A stretch of 64,000 bases of DNA from Prasinococcaceae sp. CCMP 1430 (lineage: Eukaryota; Plantae; Prasinodermophyta): positions 41,070-105,069 of the forward strand of contig RQSC01001135.1 in the NCBI GenBank assembly GCA_013416795.1. The letters run 5' to 3'. Positions within the stretch are counted from its first letter, which is position 1; each line of letters begins with the position of its first letter. The position numbers and the translations under genes were made by a program. This document shows positions 52,411 through 64,000 of this stretch, one piece after another. The notes below the pieces were generated by a model. That model saw only the letters and a list, made by a program, of their open reading frames with translations. It was not told where the DNA came from and searched no databases.

Positions 52411-52805
52411 GTGGCGCTGCGCGCCGGGCCGAGGCTCCCTGGCTACTCCCTCCTCCCGACCCCTCCTCCCGCGCGCCGCGCCCCTCCTCCCCCCCCCCTG
52501 CGGAGCGCGCCCCTGCTCCTGCGCCTGCTCCTGCGCATGCGCCTGCGCCTGCGGGCGCGTGGGGTGGGGAATATCGGCCGCCGCCGTTACACCCGCTGGC
52601 GCGAGGGGGGGGGCGGCGGCGCCTTTCCCCCACAGCGAAATGCGACTCCGCGAAATGCTCCCGCCGCGCGCCGTGCGCACCCCTCGCATTCGTGTTCCCT
52701 GGGGAGCGGTTCCGGCCCTCCTCCTCGTCCCGCGCCGCCGCCGCGGCGCGATCCCGCCAATTGGCCCGCGGCCGCGCCGGGGGAGGGGAGGGGGGGGGGC
52801 GGAAN

Positions 52806-53478
52806 GTCCAGCAGCCCGACGGCCCAGTACCTGAGGGCCTTACCATGACGATGGCGTGGCTCACCGAGCCGTACATCTTCGGCTTCCAGGTGTGTCCGCC
52901 TCGTCGCGTGTAGAATGCGATGCGAGCGCACGCGAGTGCGTTGCGTACCCGCCCACTGGGGGCGACTGCACCCTGCTCCGCGCGTGGAGGCCCACTGGAT
53001 GGAGGGCACACAGCGAAACGCTCGGTATGAGCGTTACGAGCGTTGCGTGCTTTGCGCTCGAAATGCTGACACAGACACAATCCGCGCGATGCACGTGTGC
53101 GCGTGCGAATATGTGCGCGATATGCGCATCTGCGCGTGCGCGGCACGCGGCAGATGATCGACGACGGCGTCGGACTGGGCTGGTTCGCGTGCGTGATCGC
53201 AGACCGCGACGATAACGACGACGGGTTTGACGACGGGCTCGACGGCGACGACGTCAAGGCGATATGCAAGCAGACGTTCCCCAAGGACGAGAGTTTCAAA
53301 GACGGAATAGGCCCACTTTCGTACGTGCTCATTCTCGACCTTGAGGACGAGGACGAAGGCGAAGAAGGCGATGGGTCTTGCTTCGTGCAGCGCGTGATGG
53401 CCTCGGGCGTTGCCGATCCGATCGACGAGACCGGAACCCAAGGGCCGTACACTTGGTGGAACAAGGAATGCGTCTCGA
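52806..53478 (+). CDS. Unidentified acidic, Cys/Trp-containing coding segment (exons about 52806-52889 and 53154-53478), in frame with MGDG synthase through a poly-Gly tract
   Basis: Splices in frame (PYIFGFQ-MIDDGVGLGWFAC) and has coding-like codon use. Starts at N52805. Confidence 0.5.
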
Positions 53479-53559
53479 ACGGAGGAGGAGGCGGAGGAGG
53501 CGGAGGAGGAGGCGAAGGAGGAGGCGGAGGAGGCGAAGGAGGAGGCGGAGGAGGAGGAG

Positions 53560-54912
53560 GAGGCGCGCGCGCCGCGGACAAGGGGAGCGGCGCCAAGCCC
53601 AAGGGCGGCAAGAAGGGCCCGGTGCGCGTGATGATCCTCATGAGCGACACCGGCGGCGGCCATCGCGCGTCCGCCGAGGCGCTCAAGGGCGGCTTCGAGG
53701 CGCTCTACGGAAAGAAGGGCTACGAGGTGAGCGTTGTGGACCTGTGGATGAACCACACGCCGTGGCCGTACAACCAGCTTCCCAAGTCGTACAGCTTCCT
53801 GGTGAAGAACGGCTGGATGTGGGCCTCGCTGTACAAGAGCACCTCAAACATGGGCACGCCGCAGATGCTCAAGGCCATAGGAACGCAGGTCGCTCGCCGC
53901 GTGCACGCGGCGTTCGAGGAGTACCGCCCAGATGTGGTGGTGTCGGTGCACCCGCTCATGCAGCACGTGCCGCTGCGAGTCATGCACCTGAAGGTCAGCG
54001 CGCGCAACGCGCTCGCTCGCCCGCTCGCTCTCTGCCTGGGAGCGATCGGCGCGCCATCGGCGCGCCGACGACACGCGCCCCGCGCGCCGACTGACCCTCT
54101 CGCCGCTCCGCTCGCAGGGCCTGGAGGGCAAGATCCCCTTCGCGACGGTGGTGACCGACTACGCCACTGCTCACCCGACGTGGTTCCACAAGCGCGCCAA
54201 CTTCTGCTGCGTGCCCACCGACACCGTGGCGGCAGAGGGGCGGCAAGCGGGGCTGCGCGCCGACCAGATCCGCCAGTACGGCCTGCCCATCCGCGTGGCC
54301 TTCGCCGACGCGCGCAAGCTGAACAAGCGCGCGCTGCGCGCGCGGCTGGGCATGGACGCGCGCCTGCCGGCGGTGATCATCGTGGGCGGCGGCGAGGGCA
54401 TGGGCCCACTCACGCAGACCGTCGAGGCGCTCGAGGCGCTCATCGGGCGCAGCGGCGGGCGGGCGCCGCTCGGGCAGGTGGTGGTCATCTGCGGGCGCAA
54501 TCGCCGCCTCGTTGACGACCTGTCATCTCGCGAGTGGCGCATGCCCGTGCACGCGCAGGGCTTTGTGAGCAACATGGTGGAGTGGATGTGCGCGTGCGAC
54601 TGCATCGTCACCAAGGCAGGGCCCGGCACCATCGCCGAGAGCCTCATCTGCGGGCTCCCGCTCATCCTCAACAACTACATCCCCGGGCAGGAGTTCGACA
54701 ACATCGCGCAGGTCACCGACAACAAGGTCGGCATCTTCGAGACGGACCCACCCAAGATCGCCGCAAAGGTGGCGCACTGGTTCGGGCCGGGCAAGGCCGA
54801 GCGCGAGGACATCTCCAAGCGCGCGCGCGAGCTCGGCAAGCCGCACGCCACCTTCGACATCGTCCGGGACCTCGCCGCGCTCGAGGCGAAGGCGGTGCCC
54901 GCGTGGTCGTAA
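53560..54912 (+). CDS. MGD1: Monogalactosyldiacylglycerol synthase (GT28); exons to 53993 and 54118-54912
   Basis: VMILMSDTGGGHRASAEA, PWPYNQLPKSYSFLVK, PDVVVSVHPLMQHVPLR, FATVVTD, TWFHK, GLPIR, GGGEGMG, VVVICGRN, CDCIVTKAGPGTIAE. Confidence 0.95.
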
Positions 54913-55082
54913 GACGCGCACGAGCATTGCGGGCGCTCTCGCTTGGGGGCTCGTGCCGATGCGGGCGCGGCGCATTCCTAGACCTCGCTGCGCTGCCATG
55001 GCATTGCCCCGGTCGCAAATTAAGAGTCTCGCCGACATGGCCCTTATTGGCCTGCGCATCCGTGCCCGGCCGCGCGCGCCCC

Positions 55083-57013
55083 TCAGCGGGAAGATTGTCG
55101 GTAGGCCACGCTCCGCTGATACTCTGCCACCGTCGGTAGCTCCCCGCCGTCGGTTTCGCCGCGCACCATGGCGGCCGCCCATCTCCGCTCTGCCTGCGAT
55201 CAAAAATGTACTCGCGCGAGGGGTGCGCCGGCGAGTCAGTGGGCGGGCGGAGAGACGCATCGCGACAGCGCTCGCGCGACAGCGCGCGGCCGCGAGCGCC
55301 GCGGGCGCGTCGGCGGCGCCACGCGCCGCGGGCTCGCGCACCATCTCGCACGCGTTGCGAATGTCCCTCCCAGCGAAACCGTCGCTCGCGACCGCCAGCG
55401 CATGCCTGTCCTCTTCGCTCAGGTGCGAGGCATAGACCTCGAAAATTTGAGCTCGCTCGGAGATGTCAGGGAGGCCGAAATGCACCGAAGCGTCGAAGCG
55501 CGAACGCAGCGCCGAGTCGAGATCCATTTTGCGGTTGGTGGCCGCAATCACCAGCGTGCGCGGCTCGCCTCCTCCGCGGCCGCGCTCCGCCTCGCCGCCC
55601 TCGGCGTTGCCCGGTGCTTCGAGCCCGTCGAGCCGCCGCAGCAGCACGCTGAGAATGCGCCGGGTCGCCTCGTGCATCTCGCCGCCCCGCTGTGTGGCCA
55701 GCGCATCGATCTCGTCGATGAAGAGTACGCAGCCTCGACCGCCAGCTCGCTGAGCAGCTTCGACGAGCGAAAACATCTGCGCGAGCCGCCGCTCTGCTTC
55801 GCCATAGTACTTAGACAAGGCGGCCTCCAGAGGTATGTACACCAAGCACACTCCTGCCGCATTGGCCATCACGCGCGCGGCACTCGTCTTGCCGGTGCCT
55901 TTGAGGGCGCGGTGTCGTGCGCGAGTGTTGGAGGGGCGAGGTCAGAGAATGCATCTACGCGCGGCGCGCCAACGGAAGGTGCCAAAGCGCGCGCGAGAGA
56001 GCGCACGCATACCTGGCGGCCCCTCGAAGAGCACCGCGCGCGGCACCGCAGTGAGCGAGGCTGACTGCTCGTCTGCAGCGCCGGTCGCGCCCTTGCGCGT
56101 GCCTCGCGCAATCTGCGCATACACGTCGGGCCGCGTGATGGCAAGCAGCACGGTGTCTTCGATAGCGCGCTTCTGGCTGCTGTATCCCGCCAATTCGCCC
56201 CAGTCGCCGCTCAAGCCGCCTCCAGCGCCGCTGCCGCGCGCCCGTCGCCCCTCGCCACCGCGCCCCGTATCATTCTGCGGGCGAGCCTTCGGAAGAAAGA
56301 CGCGCGCGCCCATCGCCTCGAGGCGCTGGAAAGCCTCATCGGCAACACCGGCGCCGCCATCCGCTCTGGGGGCAGCCGTTCCGCGGCTGCCAAGGCCGCT
56401 GCGGCCGTCGTCGGCGTCCAGGAGTTGTTGGGGCTGCCGTTGTCGTTGGCGCCGCTCTCGATGGCCCTGCTCCTGCTGCCGCAGCCGCACTTGCCCGCGC
56501 AATTCCTCCACTGCCGCCACCACGCCGCGCACGGCCTCTGCTTCCGCTGGCGTGAGCGGATCATCGGCGAGGTCCTTCACGATCTCCAGGACGCCGCCAC
56601 TTCCAGCGACCCCACCCGCAGCCGCGTCACCGCGCGGGAAGAACACGCTCATCGCGAGGCCTCCCTGTTGCCGCGCTCCTGCGCTGAATGCAATTTGCGT
56701 GGAGAGTGCGTCATCGTGCGCGAGCGCGCGCACCGACGCATCGCCGCCGTTGGCAGCGGCGTTTGCGTGGCCGACCGCCGCTGCAGCCCCCACGACGACA
56801 CTCGATCCGTCCGCGTTGGCAGGCAGCTTGACGCTGCCGACGAGCCGGCAGCCCCCGCGGCGCATCGCTCCGATGCTGCGCGCGCAGTCCGCGCCAAGCA
56901 GCGCCGACGCGGCCGCGAGGCGCGCAGCGCACTCAGACTCGTCAAGGTGCGCGCCGCCGCGGCTGGTCCCTACACTGGCCGGGGGCACCTCGGCCGCATC
57001 GGCGAGCGGCCGC
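55083..57013 (-). CDS. Single-domain AAA+ ATPase of the plant At4g04180-like group; exons ?-56013, 55898-55342 and 55193-55083; start uncertain
   Basis: WGELAGYSSQKRAIEDTVLL, PRAVLFEGPPG-TGKTS (Walker A), LFIDEIDA (Walker B), MHEATRRILSVLLR, VIAATNRKMDLDSALRSRFD, GRDIRNACEM-AERRWA. Confidence 0.88.
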
Positions 57014-57421
57014 CATCAGGACGGGGCGCCGGGACCGGCGCCGCTGCAGCGCCCGTTCCCGCACCGGCTCCGACCGCCCGTGAGCGGCACGCGTTGTGGC
57101 CGCCCTGGCGGGCACGCTCTCACCCTGCTACCGACAGCTCCTCTCGGCGCCGAGGACGCGAGCAGCGGCCAGCGCGGGTGCGAAAGAGCTGGCGTCTATG
57201 GTGTGGGGCGGAAGACCGCCAACCCTACCAGCAATGGCGATGCGCGCGGGCGCCCCACACCACGTGCGCGCGCGGGCGAGCGCGCGCACGCGCCGTGGTG
57301 CACGGTGAGCCGGGGGGGGCGGGGGGGCGGGAGGACGAAGGCGGGGGAGGGGCAAGGGAAGGGACGCGGGGAAGTCCCACAGGAGGCGCGGGCGCGCGCT
57401 CCGCGCGGCGGGCGCCACACC

Positions 57422-60400
57422 ATGTCGGCCTACTTGGAGAGCGCCGAGCTCGAGGCGATGGGCGGCGGGAGGCTGCTAGACATATCCGAGCGCCAGACGC
57501 GCGTGGACGCGCAGCTCACGGGGGAGCACGCTGCCGAGCTGCGCGACCTGGTGGGGCGCATGAAGCGCTACGAGTCGCAGGGCTACGACCCTGTCGATTC
57601 GCGGCTCGAGACCATCAAACGTGCGGCCACCCCTGCCTCGGTGACCAGGGCAATCGAGCGCATGCGCTGGGCGTACTCGGCCCTGATCGGTGCGGCCATG
57701 GGTCTCATCGCCTTTCTCGTGAACGTTGGCATAAGGACGATCCTTCGGGCGAAGTTCGGCTCCGTGAGAGAGCTCATCGAAAATGGCCATGGCTTCCTGC
57801 TGCCCTTCCTCACCTACGCGACCTGGGCCACGGGTCTCGCGCTGGTGGCGGGCTCACTCGTGAGCTTCGTCGAGCCGCTGGCAGCTGGCTCAGGCATACC
57901 CGAGCTGAAGACGTACCTCAACGGCGTGCAGATGCCGCGGCTGCTCCGCTTGCACACGCTCGTCGCCAAACTCGTGGGCATCATGGTAAGAGGAATGCGA
58001 TGCACGAGCTACGCTGTCGGCACGCGTGGCGACGGTGCTGACCCATGCGAGCGCGCGCGCACTCCTTGCGCGCCCAACCACAAAAGTTCACGATCGGTGC
58101 GGGCTTGATTGCCGGCAAGGAGGGGCCCTTCGTTCACGGGGGCGGCATCGTAGGCTCGGGCATATCGCAAATGGCGTCCGCAGCGCTTGGATGGCGCTCG
58201 GCGCGCCTGCCATCCTTCCGCGACCGCGTGTCGCACCGCGACTTCACGGCGATCGGCACGGCCGCGGGTGTCGCCAGCGCCTTCAACGCTCCCATCGGCG
58301 GCATCTTGTTCACCATCGAAGAAGGGACAAGCTTTTATTCGTCGAAGCTGCTCTGGCGTGGCTTCCTGTCGACCTCGACGGCCGTCGTGACCATGCAGCT
58401 GCTCGAGCGCCTGACGGAGCTATTCGTAGAACCCTCTTCGTTCATCAGGGAGAAGCTGGGCGTGCACCGGGACTTCGGATTGTACTCGGACCAGCAGGCA
58501 AAACTGAGCCAACACTATTGGTGAGCGCGCGCGCGCGCGGGCTGCGCGTGCCGCAGCCCTTCGGGTGCGCCCCCGCCCCGCGCCCGCCTGCGCCGTTCTT
58601 CGCGAGCTCGGCGTCGCGCGCTGCAATTTTTGGCGCGGCCGCGACGGCGGGCGGAGCGGTGGGCGCGCGCGTAGGGCGTGCGCGAATGCGCGAAGCACTT
58701 TGAGTATGTTTGCAGAGCTCGGGCAGTGCCACCACGCCGCTCTTGTTTGGTGCCCCAATGCGTGGGGAGTGGCGTGCTCTGACATCAACCCCTCCACACA
58801 CGCACGCGCGCGCGCATTACCAAGGTGGTACATATGGGAAACGCCCATTTTCGTGCTCATGGGCTGCGCGGGCGGGCTCTTCGGCGTCCTGTTCGTGAGG
58901 TTGAACCTGATAGTCATGGCGCTGCGCAAGAGGTTCGTGCCACCGACAGATCCCATCAGGAGGTTGGCGGAGGTGGTCTTCATTGCCTTCGTGACCGCGA
59001 CGACGGTCTTCACGCTGACCTACGTGTCACCTTGCCGCGACAAGCCCGCCTACCTCGCCCCAGGCGCCAACTGTACGGACCCGTTCGAGACACTGGACAA
59101 AGAAGCGTTCACCATCGACACGGACATTGCCAGCGAGTACTTCCCGTCGTGAGTCTGCGCGCGCCCAGCCTTGTGCTGACGTCCGCGCGAGGTGCATGTG
59201 CCACGCGCGGCGTGCTACTCGTGGGCACTGACACGCTGCTGGGCTGCCGCTGTGGCACTCTCTTTCGTGCGCCCTGCCCTCCTCCTTCCCTGCGCGTACG
59301 CGCACAGCCTCTATTGCGACAGTGGACAGTACAGTGTCCTGGGACAGTTGTTGTTCGTTCCGCTGGCCGACGCGCTTAAGTTTTTGCTCCATCTCTCAGA
59401 AACGCAGTCTGCGGCATGTTTGACGGGCCCGGGCGAGGACTCGGACCTGTGGAAGTTCAACGTATACGCGCTGGTCGCCTTCATGGCGCTGGTGGCGACG
59501 CTCATGACGTGGACGTACGGGGTGGGGGCGCCGCAGGGACTCTTCGTGCCTTCGCTCGCCGTGGGCGCGGCATTCGGCAGGCTGGTGGGCCGCGCTGTGC
59601 GCGAGGTGGCCGTCTGGCTCGGAACAGAAGCGATCATCGACCTTGAGACGTACGCCGTCATAGGTGCCGCATCGACGCTCGGAGGCGCTACTCGAATGAC
59701 AATCAGCATCACCGTCCTTGTCATGGAGACGACCGGAGCCTTGCAGCTCATCGTTCCCATCATGCTTTCGATTTTCTGTGCCAAGTATTTCGGCGACAGC
59801 TTTAGCAAGGGCATCTACGACGCGCACATCGAATTGAAGGGCGCGCCAGTTCTCGAGGAGCCGGAGACTATGGAGAGCGAGTTCCCCGGAGTCGCAGACA
59901 GGCTCAGCGCAGGTGATGTGATGAGCGCGCCGCTGTCGGGCCTCGTGAAGATGCGCCCGATCATGGTCGTAGGGGACGTACTGCGCATCCTGCGGTCGTG
60001 CTCGCACAACGCCTTCCCCATCGAGCGCGACCCATCGGACGACTCAATGCGCGGCGGTGCGATCGGCGGACCGCACCCAGCCTTCACGACAGGCGGCGAA
60101 GCCAACGGCAGCGGCGGCTCGACACCAGCGCATGGCAGTGGCACACCTCGCTCAGGATCTGGTCCTTCCCCGGCTTCCCTCTCTGTGCAGACGTTCTCGC
60201 CTGCCAAAGAGTGGAGCTTCCGCCGCCGCGGGTCGCAGAGCAGCTTGCAGCACCCCGAGAGCCCAAAGGCTGGCCCGGGCGGCGCGCCGGAACTCGTCCT
60301 CGAGGGCGTCGTCTGGCGCGACCAGCTCCTGAAGATGATCAAGTTCCGCGTCGGAGTGGTGTCTGAAGGCGAAGAGATGGAGCTCCCGCAGAGCTACGAG

Positions 60401-60826
60401 GAGCTCGCGCGCATGCTCACCTGGCTGGAGGAGCTGCCGCGCCCGGCGCCTGGCGTCGACAACGAGCGCGAGTTGTGCCTCAACCCCCAGCTGCTTCAGA
60501 GCCACCTTGATCTGCGCCCCTTCATGCAGACGCACCCGCACGTGGTGCCACACGAAGCCTCGCTCAGCCGCGCGTATCGGCTTTTCAGAACGCTCGGCCT
60601 CCGCCACCTCTTCGTCACCTCGCGCAAGCCGGTTGTCGTCGGGGTGATCACGCGCAAAGACATCATCGCAGATAGCACGCAGCTGGCGCTCTACAGGAGC
60701 ACGCGGGGCGCTGCGGACTCACCCCCGGCAGTGCGCACGCGCCCCAGAGGCTTCCTCTCGAGCGGGCTGTCTCAGCGCTCCAGCGGCGGATATGATCGCG
60801 TGATCGAGGACGAGGAGATGCTGTGA
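57422..60826 (+). CDS. CLC-family chloride/proton antiporter with CBS domains; exons 57422-57984, 58087-58520, 58825-59148 and 59308-60826
   Basis: GSGIPE, GKEGP, AAGVASAFNAPIGGILFTIEEG, GLFVP, LGGATRMTIS, HNAFP, LRHLFV..VVGVITRKD. All introns are GT-AG and in frame. Confidence 0.95.
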
Positions 60827-61374
60827 GGTCCCCTCGGACGACGGAACCATTATAAGCAAGCGCGTTTTAGACACAGGTGCGGGGAGCGCTTTCACGAACG
60901 GCGCCAATGCGATGCCGCACACGCCACGCCCTGCTTAGCTTGCACGCCCGGTGGGGAACGGCATGCGGAACGCGGCACTTCCGCAGCGCGCAACCGTCGA
61001 ATTGGAATTCAATTTCCATAAACGAATGCGGATGCGCAAACTCCGAAATCCTTCCTCCCGAACCGTCCCGCGACATGAGAATTTCGAATGCGCGCTTCGA
61101 CTGCGGATGCCGACCGGTTGGGGACGCGGGCTGTGCCAGCAGCGCGGCACCGCAAGCGAGTGGCCGGCCGTCGTCTGCGCGCGTGCTCCCGAGGCCCGTG
61201 CGGCGTGCAGGTACCGCACGCGCCCGCCCATACGCTCGGCGCGCGACGGCGCGCCGTCCCTTTCCCCCTCACCCCCCACCCCCCGCGTTGCCTCACCCAC
61301 CTCCCGCACCAGCACCCGCTGGCACACAAGCTGGCGCAGCGGTGCGCGGGGGCGCGGGGGGTGCCGCTGCCGCG

Positions 61375-62288
61375 ATGGGCGCATTCCGCCGCATGCTCGA
61401 GGCGCTAGGCCTGCGCAAGAAGAAGCGCTCTGTGATTGTCCTCGGTCTCCCCAACGCGGGCAAAACCAGCGTCGTCGCCGCCCTCGACCCGGAGCGGCTC
61501 GAAGCGAACGCGGAGGTCACACCCACGGTTGGGTTCAGGTGCGATAGCCACGAGGCGCGCGAGGTCGCTGGCGTATTCGAGCGAGCTGCTGTGTGCACGG
61601 GCGCTCGTTCCGTTTCTCCCTCTCTCCCCCCCCACCCCCTCCATCCTCTCTCTCTGCTTTCGCACCTTCGTGCCGGCGTGTGCGCGAGCTCGCCTGACGC
61701 ACCCACCCTCCCTCCCCCCACGCGCACGATCCGCCTCGACCGCTCTCCTCCCCGCGCACAGCGTGGACAAGTTTTCCGTGGGCCGCCTCCGCCTGACTGT
61801 GATAGACCTGAGCGGGCAGGAGAAGTACCTAAAGCTGTGGGAGTGCTACTACGCCGACGCGGCGGCGGTGATATACGTGATCGACAGCGCGGATGCGCCG
61901 CGATTGCCGGCAGCCAAGTCGGTGCTCGATGTCCTCATGTCGCACAAGCACCTCGAGGGGAAGCCGCTGTTGCTGCTAGCGAACAAGCAGGTGCGCACGC
62001 ACGCGCGCGGCCACGCGCGCACGTGCCAAGCATGACACTGGCTGACTCAGCGCTGCGCGCGCGCGCTCTGTTCGGGCACACGCCCAGGACCTCGTCCACG
62101 CCACCCCCGCCAGTCAGGTGGTGCAGCTCCTGGAGCTTCACAAGTCGGCGCACCACTGCTCGCACCTGGCTTGCGCGAGCAGCGCTGCCACAGGCGAGGG
62201 GTTGGCGGGGGGCTTCGGGTGGCTAACAGAGATGCTGGGCGGGGGGAAGCGCAAGCTCAAGCAGCCGCGGGTGGGCGGGATCAGGTAG
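61375..62288 (+). CDS. ARL6: ARF-like small GTPase ARL6/BBS3; exons 61375-61538, 61762-61990 and 62088-62288
   Basis: MGAFRRMLEALGLRKKK, GLPNAGKT, PTVGFSVDKF, DLSGQEKYLKLWECYY, IYVIDSAD, LLLANKQD, ASSAATGEGL..GFGWL. The D-x-SGQ switch and the LGLKKK-type N-terminus fit ARL6. Confidence 0.8.
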
Positions 62289-62626
62289 CGCCATATAATA
62301 CATGTTTGCTTAACAAGGAATGCTCGCTAGAGCTCTCGCGGCGGAAGGGGGACAGGCCCCCGCGGGTGAGATAAAATACAGGCCTGGCTGAGCAGGTCGA
62401 GCCCGGGAGAGCTACCATACGTCTCTCCGCAGTGCCCGCTCTCGCGTACAGAGCACAACCCATGCAAGTAGAGGAAGCATTCGTGTGGTCGTCGCGCGCG
62501 CCCAAGAGGCGCACGCGCGTGCGCTACTTGTGGATGTAGAGATTGGGGGTCGGCCGCCCCCCGGCGCCAGGCGCGTGCCTGTGCGTGCGTGCATCCGTGC
62601 GTGCGTGCGTGCGTCCGAGCTCAAGC

Positions 62627-64000
62627 TCAGAGCCCCCGCATGCAGTCCGCGATGCGGCGTACGACGGCCGGCTCCTCCTGCCGGACGGTGGGAGCGCCGA
62701 CCTCGACGACGCCGCAGCCAGATGGAACGACCGCGACCATCGCGATGCCCGTCTGGATGGCCAGTTCGCGGCGGTGGTAGACGCTCGGCGGCGCGGTGCG
62801 CACGTCCGTCCACCACTCGGGTCGGCCGGTCCACGCCGTGCGCCCGATGATGCCCAGGCCCAGCGAGAAGCCCTGCAGGTGGGTGGCCATCTCGGTGTAC
62901 AGGTCGGCGTCGCAGCCGGCGAAGGTGCGCGTGGCCATGCCGCCCGTCACGAGCACCCCGGGGCCGCTGGCGCGCACGGCCGTCTCGGCGGCGCGTGCCG
63001 CCATGTGGCGGTCTGAGGTGGACACCGCCGTGACCGCCGCGCGCGCCGCGCGCGCCGCCTCGGCCGTGCGCCAGTAGATGGCGTAGGCGAAGTCGCACTC
63101 GGCCGTGAGCGCCTTCAGGCGCGCCTCGATGGCGCCCTTCGACGTGTCCATCGGCTCGAGCATGCTCGGCGACAGCTTGGACGACGCGAGGAAGGCGCCG
63201 GGCGCGCAGCGCCCCTTGCCGGCCGTCACGTCCTTGCTGTACACGCTGGTTTCCCACTGTGAGCAATCCCAGGCCACGGGGTCGGCCGACAGGTGGAGGC
63301 TGGTAGCGACCAGCCCGGCGACGTCCGCCGGACCCCCGCTGCTGCCCGCGCTCGACCGTCGGCTGACGCTCTTTGCCATCTCGTTGACGTCCCACGCCCC
63401 GCTCGCGTTGTCCGCGCGCCACGAGTTCATGAAGTCCCCGAGCATGCGATCCGACGCGGAGCGGGCGAAGCACATCCTCGCGTGCTCGGCGTCTACCATC
63501 CCCTGGTGCTGGTGGTGCTGGCCGTGCTGGTGGTGCTGGTGGTGCTGGCCGTGCTGGCCGTGCTGGTGCTGGTCCTGCGCGTAGCCGCCCCCCTCGCCTG
63601 GCACACGAATCTGCGCGTTCAGCTGCATCTGCACCTGCCGCTGCTGCTCCTGGCTACAGCTCAGCTGCCGCTCGCGAGCGGGCACCGCGGGGATCTGCGG
63701 CATCCGCGGCAGCTCTGCGTCGCGCTGCTGGTGCCGCTGCTGGTTGCGGCGCTGCTCCCCATCGCGGCGCAGCCTCTCCGCCTCCTCCTCGCGGAGCAGC
63801 TGCTGCGCGGCCACGTCGAACGCGTGCACTGCCGGCTGCGGCCCGTCGGCGTCGGCGTGCTGGGCGTCGCAGGGTGGCGCCTCGGCGCCCCCGCCGTGCG
63901 CGTACGCCGCCGCCGCGGCGGAGTTGTGCGCCCTGGACCGCTTGCGCACCGACGCGGCGCCCCGCACGCTGCCGCCGCTCCGGCTGAGCACGAGGGGCGC
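62627..64000 (-). CDS. Protein (5' end outside the window) with a Q/H-rich region and a C-terminal bHLH-MYC_N/GAF-like domain
   Basis: LKALTAECDFAYAIYW, FSLGLGIIGRTAWTGRPEW, RRELAIQTGIAMVAVVP..GVVEVGA..EEPAVVRRI. Stop codon directly after the domain. Confidence 0.7.
   Translation of the reverse strand, partial: APLVLSRSGGSVRGAASVRKRSRAHNSAAAAAYAHGGGAEAPPCDAQHADADGPQPAVHAFDVAAQQLLREEEAERLRRDGEQRRNQQRHQQRDAELPRMPQIPAVPARERQLSCSQEQQRQVQMQLNAQIRVPGEGGGYAQDQHQHGQHGQHHQHHQHGQHHQHQGMVDAEHARMCFARSASDRMLGDFMNSWRADNASGAWDVNEMAKSVSRRSSAGSSGGPADVAGLVATSLHLSADPVAWDCSQWETSVYSKDVTAGKGRCAPGAFLASSKLSPSMLEPMDTSKGAIEARLKALTAECDFAYAIYWRTAEAARAARAAVTAVSTSDRHMAARAAETAVRASGPGVLVTGGMATRTFAGCDADLYTEMATHLQGFSLGLGIIGRTAWTGRPEWWTDVRTAPPSVYHRRELAIQTGIAMVAVVPSGCGVVEVGAPTVRQEEPAVVRRIADCMRGL

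Noticed and set aside
50099-60826. Apparent thylakoid or ion-transport cluster (bestrophin, MGD1, AAA ATPase, CLC)
   Set aside because: The region is interrupted by two N joins and a suspect junction, the CLC looks endomembrane-type, and there is no evidence of co-regulation.

Overview
This is a very GC-rich eukaryotic genomic window with spliceosomal introns (GTGAG/GTGCG donors, CTGAC branch points, CAG acceptors). Gene content (plant-type MGDG synthase, lycopene beta-cyclase, VCCN/BST bestrophin, TT9/CLEC16A, ANGUSTIFOLIA, GSIII, ARL6/BBS3) points to an early-diverging, prasinophyte-grade green alga, possibly Prasinoderma-like. That assignment is inference. About 35 protein-coding genes or fragments are recognisable, and family calls come from remembered motifs, not database searches. 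No rRNA, tRNA or CRISPR was found. The best leads are: (1) a 2.1-kb composite element (11910-14044) with 152-bp terminal direct repeats, a Ty1/copia RNase H fragment, a tyrosine-recombinase C-terminus, a recurring 19-nt junction motif and a ladder of short perfect hairpins; (2) homologues of regulators best known from land plants (a TIME FOR COFFEE-like motif, full-length ANGUSTIFOLIA, a bHLH-MYC_N/GAF-like domain at a C-terminus); (3) a DesA3-like desaturase with a putative plastid transit peptide; (4) a tandem pair of secreted FAS1 genes with acidic repeat tails; (5) a TM9SF intron that contains other genes. The assembly is draft quality: single-N joins, a 769-N gap, a 646-nt poly-C run, and at least six N-free junctions where half-genes are fused. 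Those junctions are most likely assembly artefacts and need read-level checking before any biological interpretation.
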